Below, in pieces: positions 54,832 to 64,000 of a stretch of 64,000 nucleotides of DNA. The position numbers and the translations under genes are program-made. The stretch's first letter is position 1; every line of letters starts with the position of its first letter. Below the pieces are notes generated by a model. It saw nothing but the letters and a program-made list of their open reading frames with translations, did no database searches and was not told the DNA's origin. Origin of the DNA: the human T2T-CHM13v2.0 reference genome, Homo sapiens; assembly GCF_009914755.1 (NCBI RefSeq), contig NC_060937.1, one strand, 5' to 3'.

Positions 54832-56893
54832 GTTCCTCAGGGTAAGGGTGCCCTAACTCCTGTGGGGACCTTCTTTGGTGGCTCCCCAGGAAGTAAGGAG
54901 ATGGGAATTGTGCTGTAGAGGTCTACAGCAGCACTGCTTGCTGAGGCGGGGGACAATTGCTGTACATATGTAAGGGCAGTGGCTGTGCTGGGTATGCCTC
55001 AGTTTGTTGAGGGGCTTGAGGCGGGTCCCTCTTCCTATTTCCTGAAAGAGGTTGTCCATCTTTGCTAAATTTAGAATGACACGGACTTGCTCAGTGATTG
55101 CCTTTCTTACACCAGGGACGTACGTTGGGACTTTTCTGTTGATTGATGGTAGTAGTTTTCGTCTTTTGAATTCCTTTCTACATTCCTTTCTTGTGTCCAA
55201 TTTGCCCACAATTAAGTCAAGAGCCTGAGAAATGAAGCATATTTTTTCTTACTCTTAATCTAGCCACAGCCTGAGCTAAAAGAATAACCTTATGTAAGTT
55301 ATCTCCAATGCCATCGCAAGCCTTAATATATTTAGTTAAATGGGCCCTCTCTGTCTGGGATCTAATAGCAGTTTGACACTCTGCATTAGCATTATTGTAT
55401 GCAAGAAGCTGTATTACAACATCCTGAGCTGTTTTGATCATTTGAGGCTTTATACACAGCCTCTTGGAGCTGAGCAATAAAATTAATATATGGTTCTTTA
55501 GGTCCTTGTCAGACAGAACTGAAATAAGGATACTTTTCCCCGGTAACATTTATCCTTTTCTATGCATGTAAGCACATGAAGCACAGCTGAACAATGGCAA
55601 CATCTTCCATTAGTGCTTGATTCTCTAATCAACCCCAGTTAGGGCCAACTCATATTAACTGATCAAAGAAAACAGGCACAGGTGGCTGCACTTGTGTGTT
55701 TTCTTTTGCCTGAGTTTGAGCTTCATCAGCCTACCAAGTTTTAAACTGCAAGTACTGAGATGGAGTGAGAACAGGTTTTGTCAAAGTATCCTAATTATAT
55801 GGTAGTAATCTATTATCAAGAGCCATATTTTTAAATAAAGTTTGCACAAAAAGAGAGTTCAGTCCATATTGACTAATGGCTTGCTTAAATTCTTTAGTAA
55901 CTTAAAAGAGAAAGCAGCCTAATTAGCTATATTCTGTCCTACTTGCTGGATTATAGTAACGGGAAATTGCCATGCTTCAAGGTCTCCCTTGGCTTTAGCT
56001 TTTTGAATAGAATTTTGTCTACCACCACCAATTGCTCCAGGTTTTAATGTTGTAACTACAGGAGCAGTAAGTTTTTCAGCTAATTGATTTTCTCACCCAT
56101 TTAGAGGAGAGAGAGGAGGTGGCCATTCACTTAATTCAGCAGGTGGAGCCAACGGGCTAGTAAAACATACTTTTAAAAGTTTTTCTTTCTTTTCTTTAAT
56201 CTCCTCTGGTAGCTGCTCCCCACACTCAGAATTTGAAGTTAGTTTTTTACACTCATCCTCCTCTTCCTCATCTGAGTCTGCCTCATCATCTGTTTGAAAT
56301 GGCTCAAGGGCTGCCTTTATTAGTGCCCACACTGACCATACAGAAACTAGAATTTCTGCTCCATCTTTATATGCCTTTTAAAAAATCTCTTCCAATTCTC
56401 TCCCATTCATCCAACTTCATAGTCCTTTGTTCTGGAAACCATGGGCAAAACTGCTTTACTGTACTAAAGAGTGATAACAAATTCTAAGTACTAATTTTCA
56501 TTCCCCATCTTTGTATGTCCTCGGGTGTCTTTTGATGTTGTGTCCTCTGTTTTCACATGCTCCAGCCTTCCTTCACCGGGTCTTTGTCACCCCATGTTGG
56601 GCGCCAGGAATGTTGGGGTGATCAGACCCAACACTAGGTCATGGGGGTGATGAAGTCCGGCAGAGTCAAAGGAATGAGAAAAAGACAGTTTGAGAGAGAA
56701 AGTGGGACCAGGAGACCATCACGAGTGTGGAGTCTGCAAAGTCCCCAAGCTCTGGGAGCCCACGCTATTTGTTGGTGCTCAAACAAACAGGTGGTGAGGA
56801 TTTAGGGGTTGAAAGGAAACGGTGTATCAAGTGAATGAGAAACATATGGCCCTGCCTCAGCTTCTCTTCCAACACTCAGCTTTTCTCCCAACA
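54832..56893 (-). mobile_element. HERV-K(HML-1)/HERVK14 5' part: LTR14A (56611-56893), PBS, gag, start of dUTPase/pro
   Basis: LTR TGTTGGGAGAAAAGCTGAGTGTTGG...GATCACCCCAACA; PBS TGGCGCCCAACATGGGG (56590-56606); gag ORFs 56093..56332 and 55217..55549 (LAYNNANAECQ...ACDGIG); dUTPase AAVDL...LLPGEPPKKVPTG. Confidence 0.8.
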
Positions 56894-57680
56894 CATTCCC
56901 CTTATGAACAGGAATAAAATAGGGATGCCTGTTCTCACCACTCCTGTTTAACAAGTCCTAGCCAGAGAAATCAGGCAAGAGAAAGCTATAAAAGGCATCC
57001 AAATAGGAAATGAAGTCAAATTATCTCTCTTCACTGATGATATGATTCTACACCTAGAAATCCCTAAAGACTGTGCCAAAAGGCTCCTAGAACTGATAAA
57101 AAAAACTTCAGCAAACTTTGAGGATTAAAAAAAATCAACATATAGAAAGAAGTATCATTTCTGTACACCAAAAATGTTTAAACTGAGAGGTAAATCAAGA
57201 GTGCAATCCTGTTTACAACAGCAACCCCCAAAATAAAATAAAAGAAAAGAAGAATATGTCTAAGCAAGGAGGTAAAGGATATCTAAAAGGAGAAGTACGA
57301 AACACTGCAGAAAGAAATCATAGATGACAAAGCAAATGGAAAACTATTCCATGCTCATGGATTAGAAAGATCAATATTGTTAAAATGGCTATACTGCCAA
57401 AAGCAATCTACACATTCAACACTATTCCTATGAAACAACCAATGTCGTTTTTCACAGAATTAGAAAAAAAATATTCTAAATTTCATATGGATTTTTAAAG
57501 AGCCCAGACAACCAAAGGAAACCTAAGCAAGAAGAACAAAGCTGGAGACATCACATTACTTGACTTCATACTATACCCTAAGGCCACAATAGACAAAATA
57601 GCATGGTAGCGATATGAAAACAGACACAAAGACCAATGAAACAGAATAGAGAACCCGAAAATAAACATGCACCTACAGCC
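56894..57680 (+). mobile_element. L1 ORF2 fragment (old primate L1PA/L1PB)
   Basis: GCCAGAGAAATCAGGCAAGAGAAAG...TTCACTGATGATATGATT (FADD-region homolog)...GCATGGTAG. Confidence 0.85.
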
Positions 57681-58264
57681 ATCAGCTTTCCCAGGGTAAC
57701 ACAAAGAGAGCCAAGTGGCACCTGCACATTACGCTGTGGAAGAAAAACCCAAGCTCAAGAAACCTCAACTTGTATTATGGGAAGTTCACTTGGCTGTACC
57801 CTTCCCAAGAGGGAGAAATTATCTGCATTATACTAGACAGTAAATAAACTTTTCCTTTGTTCCAGAAGGAGGTACTGGTTTTCTATTCCAAGGCTGTTTT
57901 CTATACAAACATGCTTGAAAACTATCATTTGGAACAAGAAAGTCAGCGTCCATACTTGCAAAATGTGCGGAAATCAAAGAGACCCAAAAACTGTTTCTCT
58001 ACCAATTTCTATTTTTTTAAAATCACATTTTCCCCATATAATAAGCTTTTAATATGTGATAATATTCTGAAATTGTCTTAGCATTTACCCCCATTTCTGA
58101 GTCCAGAAGGATACAATAAATTTAATTTAATTTAGTAACACTTCAAATAGTAGTGATTGTAATAGCAGAGCTAGTTTGTAGCATAAAGAAAAAATAATAA
58201 TATTAGGTGACACAAATAATGCTAGCCACCATTTCTAAGTGTCATGGTAAGTACAGTGATTATT

Positions 58265-58455
58265 TTCTTTTTTTCTGACTCTTTTTTATTGTATTTTTTA
58301 TTTTTTTTCCCATAGGTTATTGGGGTACGGTGGTATTTGGTTCGGGTCCATGAATAACTTCTTTACTGGTTATTTGTGAGATTTGGGTGCACCTATCACC
58401 CGAACAGTGTACACTGCACCTTATTTGTTATGTTTTATCCCTCGCCCCCCACCCT
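58265..58455 (-). mobile_element. L1PB-type 3' end fragment
   Basis: T-rich tail, then CATAGGTTATTGGGG..GGTGGTATTTGGTT..TGTGAGATTTGGGTGCACC. Confidence 0.75.
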
Positions 58456-59171
58456 ATTAAATAATAGACAAAAAATAATGGGTTTAGAATAAATGAGTTC
58501 AAATGAATTGTCAAACGTATGTGGGAAAAGTGGAATCAGTTTGTGAGAAAAAGGAAAAAAAACTCAACAGAAATGCTGATAAAGCATCATCCCTTCATGG
58601 CTAGAGCTGCCAGGACACTAGAACACCAAAATCAGCTAGGGAAATTTTGTAGAAGTCCCAGATGTACTAGATGTTCTGTGAATACACAGAGATATAATTA
58701 TAACTGTTACCTGCATGTAGAGTAAAGATGAGAAGGCATTGGTCATGGTGGCAGCTACCTCAGGAGTTACAAAGCAGACGTGGTTCCAGGACAGTGTATG
58801 TCAGGGCAAAGCTGTCCTAGGAGGCTATTAGGAGTTGGTTATGACATAGACATTGTAAGTCAGATGGTCTCATTACTTTCAATGACAAAACCAAAATTAC
58901 TTTTGTATCAGCCTAATACAACGGCCTGGCAAGAGCACAGAAAAAGTCCCTGTGCTGTTAGGTGGGGACCTCTGATACAGCACAATTCCTTCATTCCCTT
59001 CTCCAAAACCCCCCTCTTCCAATTCCACTGAAGAGAGAATCTGATGGAAGTGCTGTGTAAGTAGGCTCAGATATATCTACCACTATAGATAGTAGAGGTG
59101 ATTCATAAATCCAAGCCTATCAAATACATCATAAAGTTACACGTTTAATTTTTTTTTGAAATTAGGGATCA

Positions 59172-59675
59172 TGATATAAAAGTTATCAGAATCAAAACTG
59201 TCAGTAATCTTTAAAAAGAAAAGAAAAAACCTGGACAAATAGATTCAGAGAAGGCCTTGAAGAGAGGGTTCTCGTGCTTCTAGGCCTGATACAAACTGTC
59301 ACAAAATACCACAAAATCCACAACCTTGCACAAAGGCCATAGCAACCTTACACAAAATACACTTCTGTGAGGACATCTATCCAGCAACCACCTGCTCAAA
59401 CTTCAACTGACATCGACCTTGTTGTTGATCTTTATAGTCAAAGATAACTATAACAAAACAATTATAGAAGCCTCTTCATTTTTCCTTTATTTATTTTTTT
59501 CTACTCCCCCATAATTCCAGGTTGATCGCTTTTCTTTTAAAGACCTTGTCTTCCTTTACCATTTGAATCTACACAGTTTGCTTTGTCATGCATATTCCCA
59601 TTGCAGTGTCCTCCTCCCTAAGATGTGTCTTTTTCCTTTAGAGAACCTTTCTCTGTTTGTTATTTAGGTTTACAA
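59172..59675 (+). mobile_element. ERV1 solo LTR, MER65-like
   Basis: AAAGTTATCAGAATCAAAA..GACAAATAG..GAAGGCC..CCACAACCTTGCACAAAGGCCAT..TTATTTAGGTTTACA. Confidence 0.6.
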
Positions 59676-60979
59676 TGAGAAGGCGTGTAAAGTAATTTTA
59701 CTGTCTTCCTAGGAAAAAATCACTGACTTATATTTATATTTATTTATTTACATTCCTGGGGATGAGGAATTAAAGATTTCACAAATTTTCTTATTGAGAA
59801 GATCCAAGTTTTCATGTGAGCAAAACTGAATATGTAAATTGATATGTAAATTATGCTGCAGATAATATGCTCAAATGTTTACTTGTATTTAATTTGTTAC
59901 ACATGAATATTGCATATGTAAGATAATATACTAAGAAATTATCACATTTAATGAAATGCTTTAATCAAATTCCTGATTGAATTTTTGATATCAATATCTT
60001 TTTCCTTGTTTAATCCATCTTTAGAGTGAACAGGGCTGTCTAGGCCAAAGTCCTCACTTCTATCTAAATTGTCTGAGTTACAGAACTTTTTGAATTTATT
60101 ATGTTGTCACAGGAAGTTTCTTATTGCTTGCTTAAAGGAGTCGCTCTCAATATGATGCGGAATCCAAAAGCACTGAAGGGCATATATCCTGAGTTTCTGT
60201 TACTGAAGCCAAAGGTTGCCAATTTCTTGTAGATCCTGCTAGAGTTAAACTTCATTTAAGTAATCATTAAAAGCTGCATTTATTCCCTCACTTGAACTTT
60301 TGATTTCACACTATTAGGACTAATCCTCTAAGTCTTTGCTAAGTTATGTTCCTCCTTTTCTTGTGGCTTGACTCTGATGCTCTCTATATGCAACATCAAT
60401 TGATGTAAAGTACATTCAGGGCAATAGAGTTTCTTTAAATATTACTTTGTTATTCAAAATAATCACAAAAGCACTCATCGTAGGAAAACTTGTGAGGACT
60501 CAAATATAGGGAAATACTTTTTCTTTCTAAGGCACAATTCTCTAAAGAAGTTCACCTTAATTTGAATATACATGGGAAAATATCCTTGTTCACTAATAGT
60601 CTATATTCACTCTGTTTTCTTCCCTCATAGACCAGCCGGTTCACTATTATTTTCCAAATGATGTGTGCCTCTCTAGAGTCCAGGCTATCTGCATATCTAA
60701 TTTTTCCCACAAATTACTGTTTTGAATTGCACTGAATTCAATTCAAGGGGATGTCATTTATAAACAGTGCAAATATATACTGCACGAGGGATCTTAGAAC
60801 TCATACACATGGTTTGATCCATAAGCTCATATGAGCGTGCAATGTCAACTTTTTTCATGTTTTTTTTAAGTCCACTTAAATTCTATTTTAAGCCACCATC
60901 TGCCAGTGCTGTTAGGGCAGTTAGCCTTCAATCATTTTAAGATGGTCCCCTCTAAGTACCGTGATAGTGATAGAGATAT

Positions 60980-61375
60980 CACCAGTCAGGTGTCCTAGGA
61001 AGCCGACTCCGAGTTGGAGATTTGCATGCAAGGAGGTTGAAATGATATTCCCAACACCTGTGGGAGAGTGAAAGCAATAGGATTGGGCGGAGCAGGAAGT
61101 CGGCTAGAATGCAATCACTATCATGGCTGCAGTCCACTCTACAGGGATCTTGGTGAGTTTACCTAATGACCTGGAATTGGAGCAAGAAAACAAGGCCATT
61201 ATATTTCTGTACCAAGCAGTTCTCGGATGTGGGATGCCTTGAGAAGGGATATGAACTTGGATGAAGGAACTTTACTGTGCTGTGAGTATTGTTGCCAGGA
61301 GTCAGCTGTCAACACTCCCAGGAGACGGGAAATTATGCTTTAGTCACTGAGGCGGCATCTAGTGTCAGACCGCAG
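60980..61375 (-). mobile_element. ERVL LTR16-like remnant
   Basis: CCTAGGAAGCCGACTCCGAGTTGGAGATTTGCATGCAAGGAGG..AACACCTGTGG..AGGATTGGGC. Confidence 0.5.
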
Positions 61376-62017
61376 CCTTGTTAAACAGAGCCAGACTTTG
61401 GAGGATGGTTGGTGGGTTTAAAATTTGGGGCTTGACATCTTGTCCCCACAAGCTGCTGCTGGCCTCTTCCTTGTCCATTTCTGTGTGGCCTGTTTAGGCC
61501 CCCCAGCTTCCTGCTTCTTCTTTACCATAATTGGAATGCAAAAATCTACACGTAATTTGGCCCATGGTCCCTTCTGCTTAGACATATCCTTGTAGCTACT
61601 TTTTTTTTAAAAGATGACTATGCTTTCTAGAATATTTCTAAGAAATTGCCTAAGTCACCACTGTTCACCAAGAGGCCTTTGTTTTTTCCTCTTCTTAACC
61701 ATGGGAAAGGAATGTAGGAGGGTAGGGAGTGGATATTTTCTAACCTGGAAAAAACTCATTTTACCCTATATAATTTTTTTTAGCAAATTCCTTCTTTGCA
61801 CTTACTCCACAATCTTTCCAAATTCTCCCAAATGCTCAAGCTTTTAAAAAAGAAAAGACAGAAAGATAGCAGGTTATTAGGTTTTCCACCAAACCTTTTC
61901 TTTCTATTCCTTTACATCAGTGAGCTTAGAATATCTCTGCTCCTGGAACTGGGAAAGGGACTTGGGAAAAGAAAGAAAAAAAAAGCTCCCAAAGTTTAAC
62001 ATCACAAAACATTATAG

Positions 62018-62330
<313 letters not shown>

Positions 62331-64000
62331 GAGTGACCCTGCTTTGTAAGTTTTACATCATATATCCCCTGTGTTAGACCAAGAGCTTGTAAAAGCCAGA
62401 AGACATACACTATTTATAGTTCAATTAGAGATGTTCACTGATAAAACTGATTCTTCCATCTGAGGGTGGTATTTGTAGTTACAGTAATGTAGATCACAAT
62501 CTAAGTTATGTTCTATAAACTGTGTCACTGACATCTCAATCTACAGCTAACTTTGATTTTTTAAAAGCAGAGGAGTGGGTTGTATAGGTTTAGAAATACA
62601 TCCATCAAGCTAGTTAAGTGAGATGGATTCAAGCCTTCAACTCACTGGAATATTTACCAAATTGACTATTCATTAGCTAAAGGAGCCATATAAACAAGGT
62701 ACTTTTTAAAATTCAAAATTATGTAAGGTTTTATTTCCTTTTTATGTTGTTATGAATTGGATTGTAGAGGTTATAAGGTAAAATAAGATTACTTTTACAG
62801 TAAAACATACAACACATTGTCGCAAGAGGGCAGCCTTTGAACACGAATTGCTTCTCAGGCATTCCTTGAAATTTTGAGAGTTACTTTAATTAACACAACA
62901 AAATAATAAAACACTACAGAGGATCTAAGAAGATACTTTGACTTATGCATATTGTTACTTTTTTATTACTGCTAGTGGAAGATGTAATCGACAAGAAAGG
63001 TAAGGGCTGAATTTGTTTTATGTAAAAAGACAAATTTCTTTGGGTTTTAGCTTTCAAACATCAAGATAGTAGGTCAATGTCTAAATGAGTGTATCAAAGT
63101 TCTCACAATGGCACATGTAAATCCACCTCTTGTCTACCCAAAACTCTAACCAAGCAAAGGCAAGTTGGAAGAATCAGACAAATGTAAGTCCCTAGGATAC
63201 ATAAATGCCACGGGATTTTATGTTTTTAACTTTCAACCACCTAAGTTTCACTAAGAGACATGTTATTTGGAGAGGTTGCTAAAGTGTATTTGTATGATGT
63301 CTCTGTTTACGGTTGGTCTGGACCTCTTTCTGTCCAGTGGTTGCCCTCAACTGATGAGAGTTACCTCTCTAAAGATCATGCTTACGTCTCTGGAGCAGAC
63401 CACAGCACTATCAATGTCTGACGTCCACCTTTTTCCAATTAATATTTCTGTACTTACTGAATTGGAAAACATACAGGTGTTTTTTGCCTGGTCACTTGTG
63501 GTTTTACAACACTCCCCCCACTTCCCCACCACTGCCCCAGGTGATTTTGATGCCAGCCAAAGTGTGAGAACTACTGGCAGCTGCTGGCAGACAGCAGCAA
63601 AGGCCCAAATCCTCTGTGTGATTTCAAGACCCGTATCTGGTTTTCAGCCATATTTCCTTCTCCTTCTCACAGCTGAGTCCACTCCTCCTCCCTCACCACC
63701 TGTAGGCTATGCTTTCCAGCCTGTGTCCAGGATTAGTCCTGATGTAAGGCACGTGGGGTTTAAGGAGCTCTCTCTTCAGTCTTATTTCCACACCATCTCT
63801 GACAGATATATTCCAGTTGTAATCATGGGGCTACCTCCTCTTGTTTCCAGTCCCATGCTCGTTTTCTCTATCACATTCTACCTTGTAATAACCTAAATCT
63901 TCTGGTGGGCAACCTTCTTCCTCAATCAAATTTGTGTTTATGATTGTGTTGGGGATTGGCATAGTAATCCAGGTACTGCTACTGCCTTGAAAGCGGAGAA

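Noticed and set aside
63267-63896. 209-aa ORF
   Set aside because: TTG start, no recognisable domain, and it crosses an apparent old repeat fragment (~63480-63580); probably a chance ORF.

Overview
Human or great-ape genomic DNA, almost entirely interspersed repeats, typical of pericentromeric or acrocentric segmental duplications. There is no intact protein-coding gene and no prokaryotic system. From left to right: the edge of a 48-bp CER satellite array (1-1460) running into a MaLR LTR remnant; old L1M fragments; a near-complete Tigger1; a two-LTR MaLR; a complete MER57A1 ERV1 provirus (TSD GAAC, tRNA-Leu PBS) containing a MER52A solo LTR; and an LTR10 solo LTR. Next come the first two exons and CpG-island promoter of a minus-strand transcript, whose exon 2 encodes MFPVSSGCFQEQQETNKSL (ZNF717-like N-terminus; TEKT4P2/MAFIP-type from memory, paralog not resolved). 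To the right lie an L1MA, an ERV1 provirus split by an L1PA6/7, an HML-3 provirus nested in an HML-1 provirus, and about 34 Alus across the window. Best leads: (1) the CER monomer contains a MaLR LTR 5' terminus and the array ends in the 3' part of such an LTR, suggesting an LTR origin; (2) a 119-bp flank plus Alu from 18 kb reappears inverted at a rearrangement junction at 50.3-50.8 kb; (3) the L1PA has a spliced 5'UTR (SpIRE); (4) the motif-dense promoter plus phase-0 ATG exon may act as a portable gene-start module. Family names come from recalled consensus sequences, not a database search, and boundaries are approximate unless a TSD or splice site is quoted.
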